Assembly (NCBI RefSeq): GCF_006345805.1
Contig: NC_043016.1
Coordinates: 13,702,001 to 13,766,000 of the forward strand
Source: Octopus sinensis
Lineage: Eukaryota
DNA: 64,000 nt
Reading direction: 5' to 3'
Shown: positions 1 to 12,600 of the stretch, in pieces
Position numbering within the stretch: position 1 is the first letter of the stretch
Layout of the letters: every line of letters begins with the position of its first letter
Program-made: the position numbers and the translations under genes
Notes under the pieces: model-generated
The model's database searches: none
What the model saw: the letters and a program-made list of their open reading frames with translations, nothing else
Told to the model about the DNA's origin: nothing

Positions 1-805
1 GTGTTGAGTACTCATTGTTCAACATTTACATATCAATGCTTTTCTGACGTCCCCAAACACCAGACAAGCATCTAACATGCACAGGGAATGGAAACATTGT
101 GAATTCCTGAGATTGTTCATGTTTTTATCCAAAATGGAGACTAATACCATGTGGATGGCTTGAAAAATCAAGATATTTTTCTTAACACGAAAGCAACACA
201 AATAAAGAAATGTTATCCACCAATCCGCTGTTGAGTACTCATTCTCACAGTTCGGCATTTATGTGTGTATACACATGGATACATAATATATGCGCACAAA
301 TGGGCCTTCTGAAGATACACGTCACCTACCTAACAGCAGTTATTCACAGATACCAGTTTCCTTACAACTTAGAACCACTTCGCTCGTTATCCATCTTTCA
401 TTAATTAATCTGACCCCTACCCATATTTTCATTTATCCCCCACCTTCCCTTACTATGCCGCTAAATTCTCTCTTCCTCCGTCACATATTGCACCTACCTC
501 TTACTCTTCCACTCTCGCAACCTTACCCACCAGTATGTTAGCTATCTTTCGCCCTCGTTTACAGAATTATTTCTATTGTTATTTCCACACTACCATCTAA
601 CTCCTACCCCTCTCACACTCATTCCTATCCACCTTGTACCTTGAAAGTCCACTCTGTTATTTCATCAAGCAACGATGGAAATGCTTGCATTCTTTTGTGG
701 TATATAAAATCATGTGACATATATATATAAACCTAACAAAACCCACACAACCTAGGATAAGTTTATTTTTAACTGTCAAACTTAAACGAAAAAAAAAAAG
801 CTGCA

Positions 806-1192
806 GCAGACGTGGGTGTATGGTAAAAAGCTTGCTTCCTAACCACATGTTTCCGGGTTCAGTCCCATTGCATAGCACCTTGGGCAGGTGTCTTCCACTA
901 TAACTGCGCGCTGATCAAAGACTTGTGAGTGGATTTGATAAACGGAAACTGAAAGAAGTCCGTCGTATGTGTGTGTGTGTGTTTGTCCTCCCCTTCGTCG
1001 CTCGACAACCGATGCTGGTATGTTTATGTCCCCGTAACTTAGCAGTTCAGTAAAAGAGACCGATAGAGTAAGTACTAGGCTTACAAAGAATAAGTCCTGG
1101 GGTCGATTTGCACGACTAAAAAACCCTTAAAGTCAGTGCTCCAGCATGGCCACAGTCAAATGACTGAAACAAGTAAAAGAATAAAAGAAAAA
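806..1192 (+). mobile_element. tRNA-derived SINE, family A (octopus OR-type), full length
   Basis: tRNA-like head with B box (GGGTTCAGTCCC), internal (GT)n, and tail CAGTCAAATGACTGAAACAAGTAAAAGA; many copies in the window. Confidence 0.85.
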
Positions 1193-1309
1193 GCCGCCGT
1201 GCGATCAGTAGGGAGAGACTGAAAGAATTATTGGCACATTCGGGGCCTTCTCCGAGAAGAGTCCTGACCGAAAGCAAGCCAAGACAAAACAACATTCTAT
1301 GTACATTGC

Positions 1310-1445
1310 TGCCCATCTGCCACATCAAAAATGGAAATATATGTCCGCAGTCCATGATGTGTATAAAATCACGAGCAGCAAATGTAATGAATGTCACACC
1401 GGAAGTACTATCAGACAAGTTCACATACGAGTTAAAGAATGCTGT
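1310..1445 (+). mobile_element. GIY-YIG endonuclease fragment of a different Penelope-like element
   Basis: Frame from 1350 reads VHDVYKITSSKCNECHTGSTIRQVHIRVKEC, resembling VYxIxCxxCxxxYIGxTxRxLxxRxKEH. Confidence 0.55.
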
Positions 1446-1480
1446 ACTAAGGTTTCTTACGTCAAAAACGCTTACTGAAA

Positions 1481-1571
1481 TTATTTCTTTACTACCCACA
1501 GGGGGCTAAACATAGAGGGGACAAACAAAGACCAACAAAGGGTTTAAGTCGACTACATTGACTCCAGTGCG
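1481..1571 (-). mobile_element. SINE family C, 3' fragment
   Basis: TTATTTCTTTACTACCCACAGGGGGCTAAAC...TTAAGTCGACTACATTGAC matches the 50385 copy. Confidence 0.7.
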
Positions 1572-2634
1572 GATGTTATAACCTACCCGTCGAGGTATGG
1601 TATTTTTTAACGTAATGGTAAATAAATACTTTCTTAAAACTTCATGCATTGTTCATCTTTCACATCCTACAACATGCAATTATAACAACAAATTTTTATC
1701 GTTACAACTGCTGACTCCGACACTTCATATTGTGTACCTAATCAATCTCAACCGCAACAACTAGTGACCCTCGACTCCTATTAAGAACTTTACTGTCATT
1801 TTGATTTAGTATAAGTGATCTTATTATTCTAGACGTGTATCCTTAACATAATCCTCAAACACAAACAATTTGTCACATACACATTTCAGAATTTTTATTA
1901 TTGTAGTTCCATACTATTATTTCAAAATTGCACAATATATTGTAGGTGTAATAATTGTATCAACATCTCATCTTCGTCCATGATCACAATATGTTGATAG
2001 AATTATACCTTTCAGGTTTTTTTAAGATGTCATTTATTGTTAAAAACATGTTAAGTAGTTTCTTGAGAAACTATTGTATCTCCCAAATAAGTAAACTACT
2101 TGGTAGGAAGAAACCGAGTATCATTATTTGATAATGCACTGCAAAGTGATGATAATCTGGTGTTCTGAGTTCAATACTTCTGACAGGAATAGTTGTCTGT
2201 GAGACTGCTATCTTTCCAAGGAGAAATTTCCATCTCATTTTCTTATAGAAAGCCAATGAACAATAGACTTCCTCGAATAGAAAACATAAGACAGATTGAG
2301 TATGTTCAGATGATAGGATTACGGGAAATAATCTCAAATGTAAATTCTAAAGCTGACATTTAGTGTTAAGTCCTTGTAAAATGTTGATGCTAAACTGCAT
2401 CAACTTGATGGTTACGAAAAAAGATCAGAGAGGCTATTGCAGAAAGAAGGAAATAAAATTTGATTATGTTAAGAATATTTCTTTCTAGAATTTTATTAGA
2501 TGATCAACATAGTATGTGAAAAGTAGTCTGACGAAGGCTTTGTGGGACTCAAGAATTGTAGAAAAGTTACCTGTGAAATTGCTAGTGTACAAGTATACAA
2601 ATAGTCAGTTATGACATTTATATAAAATCAATAA

Positions 2635-2923
2635 TCTCCTAATATAATGATGAGCGTAGTGTTTTTATATATTTGTCCAGAATCACGCTGGATGTGGAGG
2701 AGGAGAGAAAATAGTAATTCAGTGAAGGAGAAGTAGTGAGAGAAACAAAGGCATGATAGATGAATAAGGAAGGGGAGATAAAAAAAAAAAAAATCAGCGT
2801 TTCAACTTTATGTGACTATATGTGTGTTTGTGTACAAGGGAAGTATGTGTGATTATCATTCACCTTATTTATATATAAAATACTACAATTAGCCGTCATT
2901 ATTGACGGCACGTGGTCAGCTAG
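2635..2923 (+). mobile_element. Non-autonomous Helitron-type element (~290 bp)
   Basis: A|TCTCCTAATATAAT 5' end; 3' hairpin GCCGTCA-TTAT-TGACGGC (2892-2909) followed by CTAG|T (2920-2924). Confidence 0.65.
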
Positions 2924-3734
2924 TTGATACAATAATTCATTAACTATGGTTTTCTGTAATGTCTTCAGAATTTTTTTTATTCCTATTCAAGTGATTTTTC
3001 ACTTAGTTCCAGGTTGCAACCAGTTATAATGTATATATATCTATAGATGTAAGGAAATATGTTTGGATCATCAATTCTTCTGGCTTGTTAGCTCAACTGA
3101 ATACATAGTAACCAACCACTGTTGTTTAATTACTGAACTCAGAATAATATGGTAAATCTAGAGTATATTTCCCTTGCTTTAATAGTTATATTCATGCGAT
3201 AACAGAGCTGTAACCTGGAGTCAAGCGAAAATGGCTTGAACAGAAATAAAGTTTCTTCTATATATTTAAATTACAGAGAAGTCATCACAAAATGTGACAT
3301 GAAACAATTTAATCTATTCAACATACTATTCAACTCTCTAATTATTGGTTTAAGGAAGAAAACAAGTCTCTAAGTACATTCATTATCTTTCTCTATTCTT
3401 AAAATTAAATCTGTAGCTGACTTTGCAATTATAGGGAAAGAAAGCTCTGTGTGTGTGCGTGCGCAAACTAATATCAACTAAGTTTAAATAGACTACAGAA
3501 GAAGTCCATAAACTGAAATACATACTTGTAGTTACAATTATACAATTCATTATAATTATGGAATAACCACTCCAATTAAATATGAAGACATTTTTACTAT
3601 GATGTAACTACGTACAAAATGAATTTCATGAACTTTATTACTCAGGACTCATTAATTTCTGTTTTTGTTAAAATAAATTAAAAGGAATAGAGTAAGGAAG
3701 ACAATAATTGTTTTGCTATAGTGATCATTTAACC

Positions 3735-4091
3735 CAGTAGTTCCCAACCATTAAAAAAAAATTTATCTATGGACCACCGCCCCCTTTGGTTACCATTTTA
3801 TTTCAGTGGACCCCACTAGCCATTTGATATTTAAAAACTAGTTTTATAGATACTTCTTTCAAAATACCATTTTTATTTATCACACATTCACCTGTGTAGG
3901 ATTGCAACGGCACTCTCTGAGAGAACATGCCAGAAACATGTAAAAAGAAACCTGGCTCTTTCTTATAATAAATACATTTAAACCAAAATCTTCAATGGTT
4001 CCTTTAAATACTATTGTAGTTCTCCAATTTACTATTCTGATTGCATGACTCCCCCCAAAATCTTATATGGACCCCCAGCTGAGAACCACTG
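3735..4091. mobile_element. hAT (Charlie-type) MITE
   Basis: TIRs CAGTAGTTCCCAAC / GCTGAGAACCACTG; 8-bp flanks ATTTAACC and ATTTAATA (6/8 match). Confidence 0.7.
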
Positions 4092-4349
4092 ATTTAATAC
4101 AAAACAAATTCATCATTTCTCATAAATTGCAATATTTTGTCTTTTAACTTGCTATAGGCTTTGTTCCATAAATTCTCAAGGAATTCCTCCAGCCAAAATT
4201 GCTAAGAAATCGAAGTTTTGTCGAAATGTAATTAAGAGAAATGTTTTCTATAATGTTACGAAGTAAGTTTCACACAATGAAGGTAAAAAACACACAGCGT
4301 GTATTATTAATCAAGTTTACTTGTGAAACATTCCACCATTATATATATA

Positions 4350-4518
4350 TATATTATATTAAATTAGAGATAAAACCACTAAATTTATAAGTTTAAATTA
4401 TTTAAAAAATTTTTTATTTTTAACTTTTATATTTTAAAATTAATTTTATGTATTGGCTTATGTTTTTCACTGTTTGATTTGCCTAATAGTGGTTTTATCT
4501 CTAATTTAATATAATATA
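4350..4518. repeat. Perfect 32-bp inverted repeat pair
   Basis: TATATTATATTAAATTAGAGATAAAACCACTA (4350-4381) is the exact reverse complement of 4487-4518; 105-nt spacer. Confidence 0.85.
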
Positions 4519-4523
4519 ATATA

Positions 4524-4880
4524 CTCTTTACTCTTACTCTTTTACTTGTTTCAGTCATTTGACTGCGGCCATGCTGGAGCACCACCTTTTAGTACTTATT
4601 CTATCGGTCTCTTTTTGCCGAACCGCTAAGTGACGGGGACATAAACACACCAGCATCGGTTGTCAAGCAATGCTAGGGGGACAAACACAGACACACAAAC
4701 ACACATATACATATATACGACAGGCTTCTTTCAGTTTCCGTCTACCAAATCCACTCACAAGGCATTGGTCGGCCCGGGGCTATAGCAGAAGACACTTGCC
4801 CAAGATGCCACGCAGTGGGACTGAACCCGCAACCGTGTGGTTGGTTAGCAAGCTACTTACCACACAGCCACTCCTGCGCC
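4524..4880 (-). mobile_element. SINE family A, well-preserved copy with 9-bp target-site duplication
   Basis: Reverse complement of family A from GGCGCAGGAGTGGCTGTGTGG to the (AAGAGTA)n tail; TATAATATA flanks both sides (4515-4523 and 4881-4889). Confidence 0.9.
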
Positions 4881-4958
4881 TATAATATATTTATACTATA
4901 AAATTGGATTTAATCCTAAATCTAATTTTTCCCTGTAAGTTTGGATTTATTCCCTAAT

Positions 4959-5042
<84 letters not shown>

Positions 5043-5063
5043 TAAATAGATAGATAGAGAGAG
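4959..5063. repeat. Compound (TAT)n-(AT)n-(AG)n microsatellite
   Basis: Read directly. Confidence 0.9.
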
Positions 5064-6299
5064 AAGGTTTAAATTTAGATTCTACAAAGTTCAGACTTAA
5101 TTATATTTTACAAGAAATAACAACTAATGTATGTTAAATGTTAGATAACAAAACTTGATAAATTATAGATTTAGGTATGAAAGTTCCTGAAATACTTTCT
5201 GAGATCTTTATGCAATAAATGAATCCACACATAGGAAAAGAAAAATCAGATGCTAATTGAACTTCAGCAGGTAAAAACATTGACGATTAGATAATGTTTT
5301 CCTGTTGGTTTCTCAATATTTTCATGAAATTATTTAAAAATGTCAAATTTACATAAATACACAAGAAAAAATAAAAAAAAAGATTCCTTTAAAATTTTTT
5401 TTTTATTATAACAAATGATAGACAAAGGGTCATCTCTTCATTTTTTTCTTTTTCTTTTCTTTTTTTTTTTGGAAAATCTAATATCTTCCTATTAGAAATA
5501 TTTTAATGGTTTATTTAGCTTAAAAAATAGTGTACATAACTGTATTTTTGAAACTGTCTAATTCTCAAAATAGAAAAATAAAAGCAAAAAACAGAAAACT
5601 GAGTGAGATTGTTATAATAAGTACAATGGTAGCATTATTATTATTATAAGATATGTATATGTATCTATATATGTACACATGATTATGTGTGTATGTATGT
5701 GTGTGGATACATATATATACACATAGGTAATATGTATATGTGTGTGTGTTGTGTGTATATATATATAAATGTTAATGTTTGTTTACTGATGAAAAGACTC
5801 AATATTGGATGCCAAGTCAAGTTTACTATAAAAATGGGAGTTGAGTGCGACTTTAAGTTTTGACTTTCTCAAAGCTTGTATGAACTGTCCATTTGACCAT
5901 ACCTTGAAATAAGTGAGATTTGCGGTCACAGACAACCCTTTTTATACATTTATGATATGCACACAAACCGCCACACACACACGTACGTACATACATGTGT
6001 ATGCATACAGTATGTGCACATTTTAGACACATAAAATTGAGTGACGGGTGTTATCACTGAAGTAAGTATATAAATGTGTATATGAATATATATGTACATG
6101 TAATGTATGTTTATATATATATATATATATATACATGTGTGTGTGTGTGTGTGTGTGTATGTATTTATTTCTTAGAGACAGGTCTCTCTCTCTCACACAA
6201 CACACACACACAAGCACTTATGTAAAGCTACATATAATTGTATATAAATACACACATACACACATACATATATACTTTATGTATTTATAAAATTGTTTC

Positions 6300-7138
6300 G
6301 GGAGCATCAACCATGTAAGTTCAAACAATAAGAAAATTATAACTGGGCAAAATGTTAATTACCAAATATTTAATTAATTAAAAAAAATTCTTGATTGTAT
6401 CCCTAATTTATTTTGTAAATATGCAAACAAAATCCTTAACGCTAGTATTTAACATAAGGTCTACTTAAAATTTTTTTAAAAGAGTTAAATAATGTTTTTA
6501 AAAAGTTACTAATAAAGTTGCTCTTAGATTATTAAAAAAAAAAAAATGTTCAGCTATAAAATTTAAAAACAAGTTTTTAAAAGTGAAAATATTTTATTAC
6601 ATTTTTTTGTTTTGTTAGCAATATTTAGCAGACATCGATGCTATCTTGTCAATACCGATTAGGGTCCAATCAGCAAGCTGAATTTAGCTTTGTTAGTAGT
6701 TAAAATACTTGAGCTGACACAATTTTACATTAGCATCACTTATAAAATGAAAAAGCTATCATTAGTGGCCCACTACTATCCATAGCAAATAAAACATTAC
6801 TAATTACATTTGCAAAAGTTCATAAAAAAAAAAAAATGAAAGCAAAAAAAGCAAATGCTTTATTATATTACAATAAAATCCAAACTGCTCCTGTTTGAAA
6901 AATGTCCTTCATATGCTTGGAACTCGACAGAATATGATATAATGAAAATGATGCTGAAGAAGATAATGAGTTAATGAAAGTAATTATGAATTATGACTGT
7001 TGTAGTGGTGATGACAATGATGATAACTGATTATGATGATTATGACAAGCTGAAGCTGATGATGTAATTAAACTAAAATATTTTAAATATACCTAAAGCA
7101 TTTTTAAAAATTCAATATCTAAATTTAATTTAAAAAAC

Positions 7139-7177
<39 letters not shown>

Positions 7178-9457
7178 CATAGTCAGAGGACTAAAGGTCA
7201 GATTTGCTATCTAACCTTTATGAAAGGGAGCTTTTCCATAAGATATGCAGAAAATAAAGCATTATTTTATACACTGGCAATAGCTGTAAAACTAAACAGC
7301 CATAGGAATAATATTTTTGTTCGAGTGGTTTTTAAATCTTAAAAGAATCTAAATTTAATCAAATTTAAAGAATTACCTTTTCTGACCAGAAAATTCTTTA
7401 ATTTTATCACTGACATAATTCATTTTTGGATTTGGAGTAAGCTGAGGAAATTGTATTAATCAAATAACACCTTCACTGTTGCAATTCCAAAGGTAAAAAG
7501 CATTATTTAAAAATTTATTTGTACAATTTTAAATCAAACATCATGTCACAATGCAAAATGCAAAATAATTAGGGATTTAATCAATATAATATTAAAAAAT
7601 ATTTTTATCTTAAGACAAACAGCAAGAAATAAAACAAACCATATATATTGGGAAGATAATTATCATATCATTGTTTAATAAAGTCTGTAGCTTCAGTTTC
7701 TTCGTAACGGTAAATTATGAGACCAATTTTAGCTTATAAAAAGAAACTGAGGATGTACCAGTTTTCTTTGGTACTTTGTGGCATAAGAAATTAACAAATG
7801 CCAAAACTGTCTTTAATAATGGTGAATGTTGTATAATCACTTTAGACAATAACTTGAAACCTTACAAAGTTATTAAAGTATCATGTTCAAATGAAAAAAA
7901 ACAAACAAACAAAAAAAAAACTTATACTTTATGTAAAATGAAATTTGATAAATGATAATTCAATAATACAATGTCTTTGACATCATTGCAGTATGCATAT
8001 TGGAAGAATACAGGAATAATACATACTTGTATGTAACAAGACTAACATTAAACAATGATTTTTATCTATTTAGAATTTCCAAAGAAAAAAAATAATGTGA
8101 AAGAAAATTCATTGTTACAGAATGGTTTCTCTCATGTTTTAGGCATTTCTTGATAGCTGATATAATATGTACATTGTTGGCCCAGTAATCTAACAGACTT
8201 CAGTTTATAAGTCAGTGATGATGTAAAATTTAACACCTTAAGTCTTTCATTAAAAGTAATAAGAAATTATTTATAACTGAATTCAAATGCATGAAAGTAT
8301 GAAATTAATGAAAGATATTTGAGGCATTTATTGTAATTGATGAAAGGCAATAATAATCTGCAATAAACTGGTTCTAATATTATGTTACTCAAAAGAATTT
8401 TAAATAAATCTTTATCTAAAGTAAAACTTGAGGATATTTTAGAATTTTTATGTTAATTTTGTTTTCAATTAGATGAATCTAGTATAAATTAAACTAAATA
8501 GAAGAGAAATTATATTAGATTTCAATTGATCAAAAGCTGTCAAGTTTTGTGAAGGGATTATTATAAAACTAGCATTGAATGTGCCAAAAAAGTCATCAAA
8601 CCGTTTGTCTATTTTATTAAGAAGGACATGGATATCTATATGAGTGGAATCACAGGTGATTTTTAAGAAATGAAGTACAATTACTTCTAGGAAACAATTT
8701 TCATAGCTAATAGTTCAGTAGAATATTTAATAGGTTATTTAAAATTTTTTTTCTCTTCCAACTGAAGCAATACTGCAAGAATATATGAAAACTTGAGCTA
8801 TCATTACTATAATAAGAATGATATATGAAAAATGTAGCAATTTTTTTGAAAAGGTTTTATATTATTTAACCAGCACACTCATTAAGAGTTTTGAGGTTAA
8901 ATTTACTCATTATCTAAAAGTTATATGATGGAAGATAACATAAATTTGTTCAAGTTGTTATTTTAAATAATCAAGTTAAAAAAATGAAGTGATAATTTTA
9001 AAAATTATAATTCATTTCTACATTAAATGAAAATACTATTCAGTTATGATTTGATAAAATTTATATACACATGCATATTAGATGTGCATATATATTTATA
9101 TACACGTCTATTATAAAATGTGCACATAAATTTATACACAGATGTCTGTATTATTAACATTTGAAATGAATTTATTTCTAATTACTTTTTTAATAAATTT
9201 ATAAAAATAATCTTTAAAAATTATTCTGAATAATGTTAATGTTTAATATCTACTTTTGATATCCCAATGAATAAGAAGACATAGTTTCATGACACTAAAA
9301 TGGTGTACAATCTTTCATAGCTGTTTATCTGCAGTGCTAGAACTAGAAAGATTAAACCTATTGCTAGTTAAGTTGAAGTTAAGCTAAAGTTTATGCAGAG
9401 TTTGTCCAACAATTTTTGGAATTATCTAGAATTTTTAGAACATACATTTAAATTCTA
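6300..9457 (-). other. Probable long 3' UTR of the SLC6 gene
   Basis: About 3 kb of very AT-rich sequence after the stop codon with none of the SINEs seen elsewhere. Minus-strand AATAAA occurs at 6407-6412, 6593-6598, 6859-6864 and 9171-9176. The true 3' end cannot be determined from sequence. Confidence 0.35.
7139..7177. repeat. (TAA)n microsatellite in the putative 3' UTR (another at about 27158-27200)
   Basis: Read directly. Confidence 0.9.
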
Positions 9458-9676
9458 TTAAATATTTGTATCTTTAGTATCAGAATTGGGTACAATTTCA
9501 AGATTGGCTTCTGCTGATTTTTCAATTAAATGATTTTGAACAGTAGCTGATTCTTCTGCAGCAATTTCTGGCTCACAGTCATAATCACACCGAGTGATTA
9601 GCGTCACTTTCGTAAGATCCTCGTTGGGCCGCAGTTGGTATGACTTGAGCATTGGACGTAGCAAGTATTCAATTCT
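9458..9676 (-). CDS. SLC6 coding exon 13 (cytoplasmic C-terminus, stop)
   Basis: ttgcag|[17 protein letters not shown]...NSDTKDTNI*; TAA at 9460-9458 followed directly by TAG; the R-x-x-x-L-x-x-P opening is typical of SLC6 C-tails. Confidence 0.88.
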   Translation of the reverse strand, partial: RIEYLLRPMLKSYQLRPNEDLTKVTLITRCDYDCEPEIAAEESATVQNHLIEKSAEANLEIVPNSDTKDTNI

Positions 9677-12600
9677 CTGCAAAAGTTAAAAGAATTATAA
9701 GATGCGTGTTTTTTAATAAGCATTATTTGTAATTATATTTTCTTAAACTATTTGTCAGTTACTGAGCTTTATTTTATTTTTAAGATTTCATAAAAAAAAA
9801 CCTTATAACAAGAAAACTTATGTAATAAATTAGATATGGTTTTCTTTATTAAATTATTAGACATTGCATTCAAATAGATGAATCAAAAACTAATATTGTG
9901 CAATATGATGGTGACATAAGTATATGTATGTAACATATACATACACACGTGATGGTGAATAAATAATACCTATATAAATATATACACACATACATACAAA
10001 TATATACATACATACATAATATATACATATACATATACACAATGATTTGCATCATCATCATTTAATGTCCATTGTCCATGCTGGCATAGGTTGGATGGTT
10101 TGACAAGAGCTGAGGGGCTGCACCAGGCACCAGTCTGATTTGGCATGGATTTCTATGGCTGGATGCCCTTCAGAATGCCAACCACTTGAAGAGTGTAACG
10201 AATGCCAGTTGCATGACAGCAGTATCTGCCACAACTATGGTTTCATTTGGCTTGATGGATCTTCTTCTCAAGGACGACATAATGCCAAAGGTCTCAGTCA
10301 TTTGTCATTGCCAACATGAGGCCCATTACTCGAAAGGTGCTTTTTATGTGCCACCGGCACAGTTGCTAGTTACACGACACCAGCATTGGCCACATTACCT
10401 CCATGAGGCCAAATGCTCTAAAGATGCTTTTTATGTGCCACTGGTACAGGTGCCAGTTACTGACGCCAATAACTGCCACAACTATGATTTTACTTTGCTT
10501 GATGGGTTTTCACAAGCATGGCATATCGCCAATGTCTCAGCTGATAGTAATTAACTCTATGAGGCCCAGCATTTAAAGACCATGCTTCACCATCTCATTC
10601 CATGTCTTCCATTGGTATTCTTAATGTAATGTTAGATTTGAGCACATATATTCTAATTGCTGTTGCTTATGTCACAGGAGAACATTTCTTTTACAAAGCG
10701 TATTCACATTTAAATCTGATAGAACACATTAAGAATAAATATGCAAATTGGAAAAAAATAAAGGTGAATTTTGATTTTGTCGTGCAAATTCTGTCCCTAC
10801 ATGAAAATTTGTGCCTATTATTAATTAACATACAATGTAATAAAATATAACTAATTTTGTAAAATGAATCTGGTGCACATTATTTAAAATCAGTTTCTAC
10901 TTCTAGCGGTATTCATTGCAGTGTATATAGGAGGAGACACTTGTACAGTACTACACATTGAGCACATCATATTTCCTGCTATAGTCTTTGGCCAACCAAA
11001 GTCTTGTGAATGGATTTGGTAGAGACTGAAGGAAGGCCTTTGTTGCATAAAAACGTCACTGCAAAAACAGTATTTTACCTGGAAATAAAAGAGGGTGGGT
11101 CAAAGTAGCTACAACTATTTTCACTATCCCTTTCAAACACACACATATAAAAACGACATGTGATCAATACCTTTGGTGATTTGCTGTGCTTGAGAAGACG
11201 TGTCAAGCTAAGTGTTATTGTAGTTGTAGCCACTGCTGGTGGTTTGTAAATTACACCATTGCCAGCAACATGTAAAAAGCACCCACTACACTCTTGATTG
11301 ACATTAGAAAAGGCATCCAAACATAAAAACCAAACCAAATCAGACTGGAGCTTGGCACAGCACTCTGGCTTAGCAGTCCTAGTCAAACTGTCAAATCCGT
11401 GGAAATGAATGCTAAATGATGATGGTGATGACGATGATGACATACCTACTAAAAGGAAATGCTAAGTTGCTAATAACTTACTGTTTTGAGTGATCCCTTT
11501 GTTTTGTAGATGTTAATACACATTACTAGAGGAATAAATACAATTGAAGAGCATGCCATTGTCCAGCCGATAGATACCGCCCAGTGAGGGTAGTGATATT
11601 CGATCACTTTCCTCTTGTACGTTAGTTCAGAATAGCTGATAGTACTCAGGACGAAGACAATCTAAAACAAACAAAAATAGTATTTAATAATAATTCAAAA
11701 TGCTAGAAATATCTTTTGCTCTGAATTCCAGGAATTTGTGAAAGTTTTGGTATTACAAATAAAAACAATTAGTTAAAATAAAACAAGTAAAATTAAGAGA
11801 GGCATAATTAAGAGAAAGCCTGTTAAAATACACCAACTGATGTACAAAGTCTGATCAGAGCTGCCTCAGTAACATTGCAGTCCAATGGCAAATCAATGCA
11901 CAAGGCCCCCGAAAGTATTTATTGACAGCAAGCCACAACAACACAAATGAAATTAAGGTTTCACTTTATAAAAGTACATCAGAATCAGGCCCCTGGGCAA
12001 CAGTTCAATGTGCCCACGCCTTGAGACAGTAGTGGGTTTGATACTTCATTGATAAAACAACAGTTCACTGGATCTATCTCTGCTCAAGTGTTATTTTTAA
12101 ACACACAGTTAACAGAATTAATCATAACTTGTCCAAGGAAACTTAAATGAAGGCATTGGGCACTGTTCCTATTCCTCAGAATAACTAATAAAAAAGGAAT
12201 ACAAAAGAAAAAAACCCACTAGATATATAAATGTCTATTAATCATTAGATACATAGTGAAGTTGTACAAGTATGGAAGTGAATCTGTGTTTTAGCAGATC
12301 AGTACAAATTAAATTAAGTTTTCACTTTATAAAAGTGCATTAATTCAATAATTTAAAATGTACCCTATAGAGTTACTGCATAATGGTTGAATAATTTTGT
12401 AAACATTGCATCACTGTTTTCTTGATTTCATTTTTCTTTATAGTTGGTGATTGCATCAACAACTTCAACATGAAATAGCAGAGAAATGGGGGAGAAAAAG
12501 CAAAATTGACAATACCTGACAACTGGTTCCAAGCATGTGCTACAGACATTAGCCAAATATCAATACTAGTCTACTTGCTAACCACTCACTTGGACATATA

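Noticed and set aside
1-330. 15-bp direct repeat TGTTGAGTACTCATT (2-16 and 229-243) with a faintly PLE-like minus-strand peptide (PHGISLHFG...)
   Set aside because: Truncated by the window edge and too degenerate to call; possibly the end of a Penelope-like element.
806-900. tRNA-like sequences with A/B boxes (also at 27324, 30472, 50540-50616 and 60720)
   Set aside because: They are SINE heads continuing into repeat bodies; no complete cloverleaf.
8166-8173. Pumilio-type element UGUACAUA on the minus strand of the putative 3' UTR
   Set aside because: A single 8-mer in 3 kb of AT-rich sequence is not significant.
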